DNA of 64,000 nt, from positions 3,040,001 through 3,104,000 of the forward strand of contig CAWAIF010000003.1 of NCBI GenBank assembly GCA_963782055.1, in the 5' to 3' direction. The position numbers were made by a program, and so were the translations under genes. Of the stretch, positions 1 to 9,746 are shown one piece after another (the first letter of the stretch is position 1; the number at the start of each line of letters is the position of its first letter). The stretch comes from an uncultured delta proteobacterium (GTDB lineage: Bacteria; Myxococcota_A; Polyangia; Polyangiales; Polyangiaceae). Under the pieces are notes generated by a model. It was not told the DNA's origin and did not search any database. It worked only from the letters and a program-made list of their open reading frames with translations.

Positions 1-138
1 AGCCTCATCGTCGACCCCTGGGGAGACGTGCTCGCGCAGTGCGGGGAAGGGGAGGGCGTCGCCGTCGCCGACCTGGACTTCGCCTACCAGGACAGGGTCC
101 GCGCCGCGCTGCCGTCCTTGAAGCACCGCGTGCTGTAG
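1..138 (+). CDS. C-terminal end of carbon-nitrogen hydrolase (Nit1/nitrilase-like), 5' partial
   Basis: Frame 1 reads SLIVDPWGDVLAQCGEGEGVAVADLDFAYQDRVRAALPSLKHRVL*, the typical Nit-family C-terminus (IVDPWG...R..LP...HR); TAG at 136-138. Confidence 0.85.
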   Translation, partial: SLIVDPWGDVLAQCGEGEGVAVADLDFAYQDRVRAALPSLKHRVL

Positions 139-154
139 ATGCGGCGGGGGCGGC

Positions 155-1243
155 TCAGTCCCAGTTGCTGGTGAGCCACATCGACCAGTCCTTCACCGTG
201 CCGGTCTCGCCGGTCACCGTGTCGGTGACCTCCAGGGTCCAGGTGCCGTTGACCATGTTGTCGCCCTCGATCCCGGGCGGGTTGGTGATGGTGGTGGGCG
301 GGTTGGCCTGGTGGTCCCAGAGCACGGCGTAGGCGCCGCCCGGCTGGTGGAGGCCGACGACGAGATCCTGCGGGCGCGGGTGGTCGATGTGGAGGGTGAC
401 GACGACGTCCAGCGGTACGGTGGCCTGGCCGCTCACCAGGATGTCGCTGGTGACGGGCGTCCCGTCGTCCGGGATGGCGAGCGCGCCGCTCGACTGGAAG
501 GTGCCCTGCATCCACGACTCCAGGCAGAAGCCCTCCGCCCAGAGCGTCAGGCCGCCGCAGAGGCCGCTCTGGCACTCCGCGCTGGCGGTGCACTGGTCGC
601 CGGTCACCTTGGTGCCGCCGTGCGTCTTGGGGTACTCGCGCAGCTTGAGCATCGCCGAGTGGCCGACGTAGTAGAGGCCGGAGAGCTGGAGCACGCTGGC
701 GATGGGCCGGGCGGCGAGGATGGAGTCCACGGCGCGGCTGTCGAGCCCTGCGTCGACGTCGAGCGTGTCGTGGGAGGCGGCGTTGACGAAGTCGAGCGTC
801 GCGTTCGCCTCGTCCACGGTGAAGGCGACGCTGTCGTAGACGCCGAGCACGTCCCCGCCGCTCGGCACGTAGCCGTGCGCCTCGGCGTAGGCGAGCAGGG
901 CGGACATCGCCGCCGGGCCCACCCACGGGACGTCGTCCACCTCCGTCATGTCGTCGAAGGGATCGTCGTCGCCGGTGCCGCGGACGCCATCGGCGCCGTC
1001 GCGGTGGGCGATCAGGTTCTGCGCCGCGCGCTTGTCGAGCGGGACGTCATCGTCCAGGACGGCGACCGTCGTCTCCTTGGCGTCCAGGAAGGCGAGCACG
1101 CCGACGGCCTCGGGCGTGCCGTCCTCGATGGCGCTCTGCCCGGTGCCCGTCTGCTCCGGAGGGCTGCCCGGAGTCACCGCGCAGCCCGCGGCGAAGAGGG
1201 CGGCGGTAACGAGGAGGCGGCCGGGGTGGCTCAGGTAGCTCAT
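155..1243 (-). CDS. Lipoprotein with two helix-hairpin-helix (ComEA-like) repeats, a Cys-rich linker and a C-terminal proprotein convertase P-domain
   Basis: Start MSYLSH at 1243; lipobox AAGC; repeats LDDDVPLDKRAAQNLIAHR..VPWVGPAA and LDVDAGLDSRAVDSILAAR..LYYVGHSA; P-domain AIPD..IDHP..DL..GTWTLEVTD..TGTVKDW. Confidence 0.75.
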   Translation of the reverse strand: MSYLSHPGRLLVTAALFAAGCAVTPGSPPEQTGTGQSAIEDGTPEAVGVLAFLDAKETTVAVLDDDVPLDKRAAQNLIAHRDGADGVRGTGDDDPFDDMTEVDDVPWVGPAAMSALLAYAEAHGYVPSGGDVLGVYDSVAFTVDEANATLDFVNAASHDTLDVDAGLDSRAVDSILAARPIASVLQLSGLYYVGHSAMLKLREYPKTHGGTKVTGDQCTASAECQSGLCGGLTLWAEGFCLESWMQGTFQSSGALAIPDDGTPVTSDILVSGQATVPLDVVVTLHIDHPRPQDLVVGLHQPGGAYAVLWDHQANPPTTITNPPGIEGDNMVNGTWTLEVTDTVTGETGTVKDWSMWLTSNWD

Positions 1244-1297
1244 GAGGGTATAGTTACCACATGAGCCCACATCATACGACCCATAAGAAATGAATGA

Positions 1298-1310
1298 TAT
1301 CAATCGTTTG
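1298..1310 (+). promoter_or_regulatory. IHF-type binding site
   Basis: TATCAATCGTTTG matches WATCAANNNNTTR exactly and follows an A/T tract (1284-1297) in otherwise very GC-rich DNA; about 55 bp upstream of the 1243 start. Confidence 0.55.
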
Positions 1311-1365
1311 CCAAAACACCGAGGGCGGAACGCCTCACCCTCCTCCCATCGGTCCCAGCCCCAGG

Positions 1366-1397
1366 CGTCGGATTGCTAGCATGCTTGCACTCCGACG
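1366..1397. repeat. 32-bp imperfect palindrome, REP-like, copy 1
   Basis: CGTCGGATTGCTAGCA|TGCTTGCACTCCGACG (2 mismatched pairs); 26/32 identical to 45624-45655. Confidence 0.7.
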
Positions 1398-1451
1398 AAT
1401 GAGCCGGAGACCGTTGGCCCCTCCCCCCCCACGCTCGCCGGCCGGGCGGCC

Positions 1452-2459
1452 TCAGAGGTGCTTGCGGGCGATGTCCGCCCAGGTGCCGTGCGGCTCGAGC
1501 TCCAGGTAGCGGCGCCAGTGCACGCGCGCCTTGCCGCGCTCCTCCAGCTGCTCGTACGCCATCGCCAGGTTGAAGTGGGCGTCGGCGAAGCGCGGGTCGC
1601 GGGAGAGGGCGTTCTCGAAGTGCTCGGCGGCGCCGGCGGCGTCGCCGCGCTCCAGCATCACGTAGCCCAGGTTGTAGTGGGCCTCCGGCTGGTGCTCGTC
1701 GATGGAGATGGCCTTGCGGTACGCCGCCTCGGCCCCGCGGTCGTCCCCGCGGCGGAAGAGGATGTTGCCCAGGTTGGTGTGCGCGATGGAGAGCTGCGGG
1801 TCGAGCTCCACCGACTTGCGGTACAGGGCCTCCGCCTCGTCGTAGGTGGAGGGGTCCTCGTCCAGCGTGCTGGCCCGCACGTACAGCTCGTAGGCGGTGC
1901 GCGCCTGGGCGGACGGGGTGTCCGGTCGCAGGACGCGCACGACGTCGCTGCGCAGCGCGCCCACGTCGAAGTCCATCACGAGCTGACCTGTCAACGGCTC
2001 GAACGCGCCCTCCTGGGCGCGCACCACCACGCGGCGGCCGTCGCTGACGATGCGCAGCTCGTGGAGCGGGCGCGTCACGCGGGGCAGCGTCTGCCGCAGG
2101 GCGCCGATGGCCCGCGCGACGTCGCGGATGCCCACGTCCTTGGACAGCATGAGCGTCGCGCGCAGGGCGATGAGATCCTGGAAGGTGTAGGCGCGGCGGC
2201 CGCTCTTCTCCCCCGACGGCGAGACGATCGCCTTGCGGTCGAGGGTCCGCAGCCGCGCCTCGGTCAGGCCGAGGAGCTTGGCCACCTCCCGGGCGGAGAA
2301 GAGGTCGGTCACCGGCTCGCGGGAGAGGGGCTCCGCCTCCGGCGCCGAATCGGGCGGGGGCGGCAGCCGGCCGCCGCCGGGGCCGAAGTGGACGTGGATG
2401 ACGTTGTCGTCTCCGCGCCCCTTGCGTTTGCTTTGCTTGGGCGTGCGCTTCTGGTTCAT
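1452..2459 (-). CDS. MerR-type HTH protein with C-terminal TPR repeats
   Basis: FSAREVAKLLGLTEARLRTL..GRRAYTFQDL (MerR HTH); TPRs AHTNLGNIL, AHYNLGYVM, AHFNLAMAY. Confidence 0.85.
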   Translation of the reverse strand: MNQKRTPKQSKRKGRGDDNVIHVHFGPGGGRLPPPPDSAPEAEPLSREPVTDLFSAREVAKLLGLTEARLRTLDRKAIVSPSGEKSGRRAYTFQDLIALRATLMLSKDVGIRDVARAIGALRQTLPRVTRPLHELRIVSDGRRVVVRAQEGAFEPLTGQLVMDFDVGALRSDVVRVLRPDTPSAQARTAYELYVRASTLDEDPSTYDEAEALYRKSVELDPQLSIAHTNLGNILFRRGDDRGAEAAYRKAISIDEHQPEAHYNLGYVMLERGDAAGAAEHFENALSRDPRFADAHFNLAMAYEQLEERGKARVHWRRYLELEPHGTWADIARKHL

Positions 2460-2481
2460 CAGGAGAGGGGGGGCGCCGGCT

Positions 2482-2967
2482 TCAGGGACTGGACCGGGCG
2501 CGACGCCTCTCTATCAAAGGCGCCTGCACGTCGACGTCAATCCTCAACCCCTCCGGCGCCGGGAGGAAGCGCAGCTCGCAGGAAACGCGGCCCAGCGCGC
2601 GGGGTGCCCGGAGGCTCGCCTCGCGGTGCGCGAGACGGACCACCCGCGCGCGCACGTGCAGGTCGTGTCGGGCGACGGCGCAGAAGCGGGTGCGCTCCTC
2701 CTCCGGCACGCCGCCCAGGCGCAGGATGACGCTGGTGGAGCCGTACCAGACCCAGCCCGCGGCCTCCTGGAGAGCCTTGCCCTCCGTCATGACGTCGGCG
2801 CGCTCGAGCAGCTCGCGCAGGCGGCCGTCGACCGCGCGCGCGACCTGAAGGCGACGCGCCTGCACGAGCGGCGGGCGAGGTGCCTTGCGCAACCCCGGTC
2901 GCGCGCGGGCGGGGGCTGTGGACAAACCGGGGCTCTCGGGGGGAGGGCCCCCGGTCTTGGCGCTCAT
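2482..2967 (-). CDS. Hypothetical protein
   Basis: ATG at 2967 (MSAKTGG); fills the gap upstream of the MerR-TPR gene with plausible composition; the longer ORF-track extension is antisense to 3047-3697. Confidence 0.6.
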   Translation of the reverse strand: MSAKTGGPPPESPGLSTAPARARPGLRKAPRPPLVQARRLQVARAVDGRLRELLERADVMTEGKALQEAAGWVWYGSTSVILRLGGVPEEERTRFCAVARHDLHVRARVVRLAHREASLRAPRALGRVSCELRFLPAPEGLRIDVDVQAPLIERRRARSSP

Positions 2968-3046
2968 GCGAAGGTGATCGTGCCTGGGTTCGGGACGCGG
3001 GCGCAAGTTTCGGCGATCGGATACGCTCGCCGGCGCGAGGTGCGTC

Positions 3047-3697
3047 ATGGCGTCGAAGAAGAAGAGCGCGAAGGCCGCGGCAAAGAAGGGGGCGACGAAG
3101 AGCCCGAGGGCGAGCGTCAGCGCGCGCGCGAAGGGGAAGGCGAAGACGAAGCCGAGCACGAAGAAGCGCGCGGTCGCGAAGAAGCCGAGCACGAAGAAGC
3201 GCGCGGTCGCGAAGAAGCCGAGCGCGAAGAAGCCGAGCGCGAGCGCGGCGAAGGCGGCGGCGCCGGCGCCGGTGAGGAAGGCGCCGGGGCTGGAGCTCGC
3301 CACCATCGTGCAGGAGGAGACGTTCGACGCGCCCCCCGACCTCATCTACGCGGTCTACGTCGACGGACAGAAGCACGAGGAGTTCACCGGTTCGCCGGCG
3401 ACGAGCGAGCCGTACGAGGGCGGGCGCTTCACGGCGTGGGAGGGCTACATCGAGGGGACGCACGAGAAGCTGGTGCCCGGGCGGCGCATCGTGCAGGCCT
3501 GGCGGGCTTCGGACTTCCCGCCCGGCCATCCGGCGTCGCGGCTGGAGCTGGAGCTGGAGCCGCAGGCGGGCAACCCCAACCGCACGCGGCTGCGGCTGAC
3601 GCACAGCGGGGTGCCGAAGCGCCAGGCGAAGGAGTACGAGGCGGGGTGGGTGGAATACTACTGGGAGCCCCTGCGCGAGTTCCTGCGCCGCCGCTGA
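3047..3697 (+). CDS. SRPBCC/AHSA1 (Aha1-like) domain protein with N-terminal Lys/Ala-rich histone H1-like tail
   Basis: About 80 aa K/A/S-rich N-terminus, then FDAPPDLIY..GGRFTAWEGYIEG..LVPGRRIVQAWR..LTHSGVP..GWVEYYWEPL. Confidence 0.85.
   Translation: MASKKKSAKAAAKKGATKSPRASVSARAKGKAKTKPSTKKRAVAKKPSTKKRAVAKKPSAKKPSASAAKAAAPAPVRKAPGLELATIVQEETFDAPPDLIYAVYVDGQKHEEFTGSPATSEPYEGGRFTAWEGYIEGTHEKLVPGRRIVQAWRASDFPPGHPASRLELELEPQAGNPNRTRLRLTHSGVPKRQAKEYEAGWVEYYWEPLREFLRRR
3148..3213 (+). repeat. 33-bp perfect tandem duplication encoding KPSTKKRAVAK
   Basis: gaagccgagcacgaagaagcgcgcggtcgcgaa at 3148-3180 and 3181-3213, followed by partial copies. Confidence 0.9.
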
Positions 3698-3723
3698 CCA
3701 AACCCGACGCTACCCTCGGGCGT

Positions 3724-4407
3724 TCACATCGCTCGCAGCGGCACGAGGATGGGCTCCACCATGAGGCCGCTGGGAGTGCTCTCGATCCAGGTGGCGTGAG
3801 CGACCTTCGGCGCGTCGCGCGGGTTCTCCAGGCCGTCCGGGGCCTCGCCCACGCTGCCCACGTTGATGATCCGGACGTCGGCCACCTCGCGGTCGAAGGG
3901 GGTGTGGCTCATGCCGCAGACCACCACGTCCGCCGGGTCGTCGGCCATCAGGGCGAGGAGCTCCTCGTCGGTCATGTCGAAGGTCATCGCCTCGGAGGGA
4001 TCGGCGGGAGAGCCGTGGACGAGCACCAGCTCGCCGCCATCCTCCAGCGGGATGCGCACCTGCGGCGGAAGGCGGCGCAGCCGCTCGATGACCAGCTCCC
4101 CCAGCTCGGTGGAGACCGTCTTCATCCGCTCCACCATGGTGCGCTCGTGCTCGCTGGACACCGCGATGTGCTCCGGCTCCAGCGTGGCCAGCGCGCGGTC
4201 GGTCACGCCCTGCACCATGACCGCGCCCGCGGCGGTGAGACGCCGCCAGACCTCCAGCGGCCTGGCCGCGCTGGCGTCGGCCGCGCCGGGGAAGACGATG
4301 TCTCCGGCGACGAGCAGCTTGTTGAAGGATCGCTTCTCCGCCGTGGCGAGGACGGCGGTGAGCGCGTCCAGGTTGCCGTGTACGTCGGAGAGGCAGAGCA
4401 TTCGCAT
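3724..4407 (-). CDS. Metallophosphoesterase (calcineurin-like, YfcE type)
   Basis: LSDVHGN, AGDIV, VHGSP, CGMSHTP, INVGSVG motifs; GN-x-D appears as GVTD and GHTH as GMSH. Confidence 0.85.
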   Translation of the reverse strand: MRMLCLSDVHGNLDALTAVLATAEKRSFNKLLVAGDIVFPGAADASAARPLEVWRRLTAAGAVMVQGVTDRALATLEPEHIAVSSEHERTMVERMKTVSTELGELVIERLRRLPPQVRIPLEDGGELVLVHGSPADPSEAMTFDMTDEELLALMADDPADVVVCGMSHTPFDREVADVRIINVGSVGEAPDGLENPRDAPKVAHATWIESTPSGLMVEPILVPLRAM

Positions 4408-4418
4408 GGGTGCGCAGC

Positions 4419-5252
4419 CTACCTCACTCGGTCCGCGTGTGCCGCCGCGTCGACGCCCTCGCGCAGCTCACGGACGAGCCGGGTCACCGCCGCCACGCGC
4501 GCCGTCAGAGTGGTTGCATTCTGCACGCATCGCACCAGGGCCGTCCCCACGATGACGCCGTCGGCGTGCGCGGCGGCCGCGCGCGCCCGCTCCCGCCCGT
4601 CGACGCCGAAGCCCACCAGCACCGGCGCGCCCAGCGCCTCGCGCAGCTCCCCCGCCCGGGCGCTCGCCGCCGCCAGCGGGGCCGCCGCGCTGCCCGTCAC
4701 GCCCGTCAGCGACACGTAGTAGACGAAGCCGGGGTCGCACGCGGCGATGGCCTCGCGCGTCCGCTCCACCCGCGGCGCGGCGCTCGTCGGGGTCAGCAGC
4801 GGCAACACGGAGAGCCCGTCCTCCTTCGCCAGCGCGCGCAGGGGCCCCGCCTCCTCCACCGGCAGGTCCACCACCAGCAGGCCGTCCACGCCGGCGCGCT
4901 TCGCCTCCGCCACCACGCGCGCCTCGCCGTGGACGAAGATGGGGTTGTAGTAGCCGAACAAGACGATGGGCGTGTCGGTCCGCGCGCGCACCGCCGCCGC
5001 CGCCCGCAGCGTCGCCGCGAGGCCGCCGCCGCGCTCCAGCGCGCGCTGGCTCGCGGCGGCGATGACCGGGCCGTCGGCCGTGGGATCGCTGAAGGGCACG
5101 CCGAGCTCCAGCACGTCAGCGCCCGCCGCCGCGCAGGCCAGCGCGAACTCCGCCGACTCCTCCACGCTCGGGTCCCCCACGCACAGGTACGCGACCAGCG
5201 CCTTCTTCTTCGCCGCGCGGAGCGCCGCCAGCTTCTCGTCAAGGCGCGACAC
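4419..5252 (-). CDS. trpA: Tryptophan synthase alpha chain
   Basis: [41 protein letters not shown]; overlaps the end of trpB. Confidence 0.97.
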   Translation of the reverse strand: MSRLDEKLAALRAAKKKALVAYLCVGDPSVEESAEFALACAAAGADVLELGVPFSDPTADGPVIAAASQRALERGGGLAATLRAAAAVRARTDTPIVLFGYYNPIFVHGEARVVAEAKRAGVDGLLVVDLPVEEAGPLRALAKEDGLSVLPLLTPTSAAPRVERTREAIAACDPGFVYYVSLTGVTGSAAAPLAAASARAGELREALGAPVLVGFGVDGRERARAAAAHADGVIVGTALVRCVQNATTLTARVAAVTRLVRELREGVDAAAHADRVR

Positions 5253-6462
5253 GGCTCGCCTCGCGCAGGTAGGTGTCCAGGTCCTTGTCGCCGCGGCCGG
5301 AGAGACAGAGCGCGACGTGCACCGCGCGCCCGCGCCGCTCCGCTTCTCGCGCGGCGACGTCCGCCACCCGCGCGAAGGCGTGGGCCGTCTCCAGCGCCGG
5401 GAGGATGCCCTCGGTGCGGGCGCAGAGCACGCCGGCCCGGAGGGCCTCCTCGTCGGTCGCCGAGAGGTACGTCGCGCGGCCGGACTCCTTGAGGAAGGCG
5501 TGCTCCGGGCCGACGCCGGGGTAGTCCAGGCCGGCGCTGATGGAGTGCGCCTCCTGGATCTGCCCGCCCTCGTCGCACAGGACGTACGAGCGCGATCCGT
5601 GGAGCACGCCCACGCGCCCTGCGCCGAGGGTGGCGGCGTGCTTGCCCGTCGCGATGCCTGCGCCCGCGGCCTCCACGCCGTAGAGCGCCACCTCCGGGTC
5701 GCCGAGGAAGGCGCGGAACATGCCGATGGCGTTGGAGCCGCCGCCCACGCAGGCGACGACCGCGTCGGGCAGGGCGCCGTGCGAGGCGAGGAGCTGGGCG
5801 CGCGCCTCGTCGCCGATGACGCGCTGGAGCGTGGCGACGAGCTCGGGGTACGGGTCCGGCCCGGCGGCGCTCCCCAGGCAGTAGTAGGTGGTCGCGACGT
5901 TCGTCACCCAGGCGCGCAGCGCCTCGTTCATCGCGTCCTTCAGGGTGCGCGAGCCGCTCGTCACCGGGATCACCTTCGCCCCGAGCAGGCGCATGCGGCC
6001 GACGTTGGGCGCCTGCCTCGCCAGGTCCAGCTCGCCCATGTACACCTCGCACGGCAGGCCGAGCAGCGCGCACGCGGTGGCCGTGGCCACGCCGTGCTGA
6101 CCCGCGCCCGTCTCGGCGATGACGCGCGCCTTGCCCATCTTCTTCGCCAGCAGCGCCTGGCCGAGGGCGTTGTTGATCTTGTGCGCGCCGGTGTGGTTGA
6201 GGTCCTCCCGCTTCAGCCACAGCGACGCGAGCGTAGCGCGTGACGCGTCGATCGCCGCGGCCAGGCGCCCGGCGCGGGAGAGCGCCGACGGCCGCCCGAC
6301 GTAGCTCGTTAGCAGGCCCCGCCACTCCTGCTGGAAGGCCTCCCCCAGGACAATCTCCCGGTGCGCCGCCGCCAGCTCCTCCAGCGCGGGCACCAGCGTC
6401 TCGCTGACGAAGCGCCCGCCGAAGGCGCCGAAGTAGCCGGGCCGTGAAGCGCGCTCCTGCAT
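5239..6462 (-). CDS. trpB: Tryptophan synthase beta chain
   Basis: [69 protein letters not shown] at 6462. Confidence 0.98.
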   Translation of the reverse strand: MQERASRPGYFGAFGGRFVSETLVPALEELAAAHREIVLGEAFQQEWRGLLTSYVGRPSALSRAGRLAAAIDASRATLASLWLKREDLNHTGAHKINNALGQALLAKKMGKARVIAETGAGQHGVATATACALLGLPCEVYMGELDLARQAPNVGRMRLLGAKVIPVTSGSRTLKDAMNEALRAWVTNVATTYYCLGSAAGPDPYPELVATLQRVIGDEARAQLLASHGALPDAVVACVGGGSNAIGMFRAFLGDPEVALYGVEAAGAGIATGKHAATLGAGRVGVLHGSRSYVLCDEGGQIQEAHSISAGLDYPGVGPEHAFLKESGRATYLSATDEEALRAGVLCARTEGILPALETAHAFARVADVAAREAERRGRAVHVALCLSGRGDKDLDTYLREASRVAP

Positions 6463-6467
6463 GGCGA

Positions 6468-7490
6468 CTACTTCTTGGGATGCGCGGTGAAGAAGTCCAG
6501 CACTTCCTGCCCCCACACGAAGGCCGTCGGGGGCTTGCAGGCGAGCTGGTCCCACACGGTGCTGGTGGCCGGCGTCGCGCCCGGCACGCAGTGCCCGGCG
6601 TTCGCCGCGAGCGCGCCCTGCGGGTCGGTGGTGTAGTCCTCGGTGAAGAAGTCGAGGGTCGTGCCGTCGCCCGCGGTGTAGCGATCGTGCGTGTAGTGAC
6701 CGTCACCGGCGATGGTCTGCTTGCTGGAGAGCGCCCACGCGGCGACGACCGCGTCGCGCTCGGCGGTGGAGCACGCGTAGGGCACCAGGGCGTCCTTCTG
6801 CGCGGCGAGGTAGAGCAGCGGCAGCTCGCGCGAGGGCTCGCCCTGCGCCGTGAAGGGGCAGCTCCCGTTGAAGTTGCCGTTCGGACACTTGTCGCTGCCG
6901 GCGAGCGCGGGCGCTGCGGAGGCGAAGAGGTCGGCGTGCTCGCACACCAGCCGCCAGGTCATGTACCCGCCCTGCGAGAGGCCGGTCACGTGGACGCGCG
7001 CGGTGTCGGCGCCCCAGACCTTCACCACCTGCATGAGCGCGTCGTAGACGGCGGCGTCGTCGGAGTCCTCCCACATCGGCCCGTAGGGCGAGCGGTCAGC
7101 CGGCGCGGTGGGCTGCACGACGACGTAGCCGGCCGCGCCGCCCTTCGCGCGCAGGTCGGTCATCGCGTCCTCCAGGTCGGCGTTCATGTACAGGCCGTGG
7201 ATGTCCAAAATGACGCCGCAGGCCGTCGTCGCGCACGCCGCCGGCGCGCTCACCGTGACCGAGACGCCCGGGCACGCGTAGGTGTGCGTCCCGGTCTCCC
7301 TCGCGGTGATGCACGAGGCGGTCGAGCCGTCGACGCCGGACTCGCCGGTGGTGCCCCCGTCGGCGGTCTGCGACGCGTCCCCACCGGCCGAGCCGTCCGG
7401 CCCGCCCCCCGTCGCGGGGGAGCTCCCGCACGCGGCGAGGACGAGGGCGCAGGCGATCGGCGGCGAGGCGTACTTCAAGGCGGACAGCAT
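6468..7490 (-). CDS. Lipoprotein esterase, PHB-depolymerase/LpqC-like alpha/beta-hydrolase
   Basis: Lipobox LAAC; ILDIHG oxyanion region; [13 protein letters not shown] lipase box; [18 protein letters not shown]. Confidence 0.75.
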   Translation of the reverse strand: MLSALKYASPPIACALVLAACGSSPATGGGPDGSAGGDASQTADGGTTGESGVDGSTASCITARETGTHTYACPGVSVTVSAPAACATTACGVILDIHGLYMNADLEDAMTDLRAKGGAAGYVVVQPTAPADRSPYGPMWEDSDDAAVYDALMQVVKVWGADTARVHVTGLSQGGYMTWRLVCEHADLFASAAPALAGSDKCPNGNFNGSCPFTAQGEPSRELPLLYLAAQKDALVPYACSTAERDAVVAAWALSSKQTIAGDGHYTHDRYTAGDGTTLDFFTEDYTTDPQGALAANAGHCVPGATPATSTVWDQLACKPPTAFVWGQEVLDFFTAHPKK

Positions 7491-7553
7491 GGATCACATC
7501 CCTCTCGGGGTTGAATGGCCCGGCCCGCGGGGGCACCGGATGAGAGCGAACCG

Positions 7554-8012
7554 ATGAGACTTTCCCTCGTGCTCGCCGCGTCTCTCGTCCTGGCGCTGCC
7601 GGCCCTCGCCCGGGCCGACGGCGATCTGCGCGCCCGGACGGGCGCGACGCTCGCCACGATGAAGGGCGACGCCCAGCGCATCGCCTCCATGCTGGCGCAG
7701 GCGCGCCGCGGCGGCACGCCGGAGCAGCGCCGGTGCCTCGACCTCGCGCTCAGCGAGGCGGACGCCGCGGTGCGCACCGGGAGCGACGACGTGACGGCCG
7801 CGCGCGCCGCGGCGAAGGCCCGCGACAAGGCCGCCGCCTCCCGGGCGATGGCGAGCCTCGCGGTGAAGCGCGCCGCCGCTCGCGCGGCGGTCTTCGCCGC
7901 CGACGCCTGCGTCGCGCCGCCGGGCGCCGTCGTGGGGCCGCGCGACGCGACGGTGGTGCGCGTCTTCGTGGACCCGAACCTCCCGCCCGACTCCGCCCTC
8001 TTCGGTCACTGA
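7554..8012 (+). CDS. Secreted alpha-helical hypothetical protein
   Basis: Signal peptide MRLSLVLAASLVLALPALARA; two Cys; Ala-rich helices. Confidence 0.65.
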   Translation: MRLSLVLAASLVLALPALARADGDLRARTGATLATMKGDAQRIASMLAQARRGGTPEQRRCLDLALSEADAAVRTGSDDVTAARAAAKARDKAAASRAMASLAVKRAAARAAVFAADACVAPPGAVVGPRDATVVRVFVDPNLPPDSALFGH

Positions 8013-8090
8013 CGGCTCCTGTCGATTCTCGCCCACCGCGACCTCGGTCGGCTTGGTGATGTCGACAATCGCCACGCCCCGCCTCCTGCC

Positions 8091-8651
8091 TCAGCGCCCG
8101 CCGGAGCGGCGCGCGCGCTTCTTGCCGCCCTCGACGCTCTTCTTCAGCTCGGCCAGCTCGCGCCGCAGCTCGGCGATGTCCGACTGCGACGAGGGCGCGT
8201 CCGGCACGGGGGAGGGAGGCGGCTGCGGGTTCCACGGCACCGGCGCGCGATCCACCCCGGACGACCCGAGCAGCAGCCGCGCGAGCGCGCCGCCCACGTC
8301 GAAGGGCATCTGCGCGAAGGGGCTCACGCTCGCCGCGCGCTGCTTGACGGCGAAGTACACCTCCAGCGCCCAGGTCATGTAGCGGCCGTAGAACTCGGCC
8401 AGCGCGTCGTCCCCCATCCGCACGAGCTGCAGCAGGAGCGGCACCGGCAGGAGGTGGGCGCGGTTGCCCTCGATGAGGAGCTGCACCAGCGTCGGCTGGG
8501 TGAGGTCGTCCTCCGTCTTGGCGTCCAGCACGCGCACGTCGCGGCCGCCGCGCACGCGCTCGGCGAGCTCCTCCATGGTGATGTACCGGCTCTCCTCCGT
8601 GTCGTAGAGGCGGCGGTTCGGGTATTTCTTGACGGTCAGAACGGGGCCCAC
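8091..8651 (-). CDS. phaR: PHA synthesis regulator PhaR
   Basis: VKKYPNRRLYDTEESRYIT..VLDAKTEDDLTQPTLVQ..LPVPLLLQLVR is the PhaR N-terminal DNA-binding domain; GTG at 8651 with an AAGGA RBS. Confidence 0.9.
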   Translation of the reverse strand: MGPVLTVKKYPNRRLYDTEESRYITMEELAERVRGGRDVRVLDAKTEDDLTQPTLVQLLIEGNRAHLLPVPLLLQLVRMGDDALAEFYGRYMTWALEVYFAVKQRAASVSPFAQMPFDVGGALARLLLGSSGVDRAPVPWNPQPPPSPVPDAPSSQSDIAELRRELAELKKSVEGGKKRARRSGGR

Positions 8652-8674
8652 GGCGGTCCTTGTAGCGCGCGGCT

Positions 8675-8711
8675 GGTTGCACTGCAACAAATCCTATGTT
8701 GCGCCGCACCA
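8675..8711. promoter_or_regulatory. Tandem putative PhaR operators in the divergent phaR/operon intergenic region
   Basis: GGTTGC-ACT-GCAACA (8675-8689) and TGTTGC-GCC-GCACCA (8697-8711), 22 bp apart. Confidence 0.75.
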
Positions 8712-8718
8712 ATTTTCC

Positions 8719-8747
8719 TTGACGACCTCCGGGGCCGCGGGTAGGTT
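8719..8747 (+). promoter_or_regulatory. Sigma70-type promoter of the PHA operon
   Basis: TTGACG (8719-8724)-N17-TAGGTT (8742-8747); GGAGGAG RBS before ATG 8796. Confidence 0.65.
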
Positions 8748-8795
8748 CCGCGTCGCCTCGCGGGCGGTGCCGCGTCCGGGGGCGGAGGAGTCGTC

Positions 8796-9746
8796 ATGCA
8801 ACACGCGCGGATGGGGGCCTTGGTCGCGGTGCTCGGCGCCGCATGCGTGGTCGCCGCGGGGTGCTCCAGCGCGCCGGCGGTCACGTGCAACGCGGGCGCG
8901 GACTGCGCGTCCGGCGTCTGCAACTCCGACGGCCGGTGCGCCCCGGTCACGAGCCCGGGCGACGACGCAGGCAACCCTGGCGACGACGGTGGCGCCGGGG
9001 ACGCCTCGCCGGGCGGCGACGCCGCGTCGGACGCGAAGGTCCCCGGCTGCACGCCCAACCAGGACGGCACCATCGAGGCCGCGGAGGTCCCGCTCCAGGC
9101 CGGGCTGCACGCGACCTTCCGCACCGCCACCAGCGCCACGGTGGACACCGCCGGCAAGGCGGGGCAGGGCGGCGCGCGCGACTGGGACTTCTCCGGCGCG
9201 CTGTCCGGCGATCAGGACGTCGGCGTGGATACCCTCTCCCCCGGTGGCGCGTGGTACGCGCAGAGCTTTTCCGGCGCGACGTACGCGGCCCGCCTCTCGT
9301 CGACCTCCGACCTGCTCGGCGTCTTTCGCGTGGGCGGCAACCAGCTCGCCCTGCAGGGCGTCGTCTCCCCGGCGAGCGGCGTGACCCAGACCAACGTGGC
9401 CTACCAGCCGGAGGCCGTGGCGATGCAGTTCCCCCTCAAGATGGGCAGCGCGTGGAACAGCACGTCCACCGTCTCCGGCACGGCGAACGGCGTCGCCGTC
9501 TACTACACCGAGGCGTACGACTCGCAGGTCGACGCCCACGGCAGCCTGAAGGTCCCCTTTGGCACCTTCCAGGTGCTGCGCGTGCGCACGGTGCTCACGC
9601 GCACGGTCGGCGTGGTGGCCACCGTCGCGCGCACCTTCGCCTTCGTCACCGAGTGCTTCGGCACCGTGGCCACCGTCACCTCGCAGCCCAACGAGCCCAA
9701 CGTGGAGTTCACGAGCGCCGCGGAGATCCAGCGGCTCGCGCCATGA
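8796..9746 (+). CDS. Beta-rich lipoprotein A (paralog of 12297-13145)
   Basis: Lipobox AAGC; Cys-rich N-terminus; C-terminal FVTECFGTVATVTSQPNE..FTSAAEIQRL; ATGA overlap with the next gene. Confidence 0.75.
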   Translation: MQHARMGALVAVLGAACVVAAGCSSAPAVTCNAGADCASGVCNSDGRCAPVTSPGDDAGNPGDDGGAGDASPGGDAASDAKVPGCTPNQDGTIEAAEVPLQAGLHATFRTATSATVDTAGKAGQGGARDWDFSGALSGDQDVGVDTLSPGGAWYAQSFSGATYAARLSSTSDLLGVFRVGGNQLALQGVVSPASGVTQTNVAYQPEAVAMQFPLKMGSAWNSTSTVSGTANGVAVYYTEAYDSQVDAHGSLKVPFGTFQVLRVRTVLTRTVGVVATVARTFAFVTECFGTVATVTSQPNEPNVEFTSAAEIQRLAP

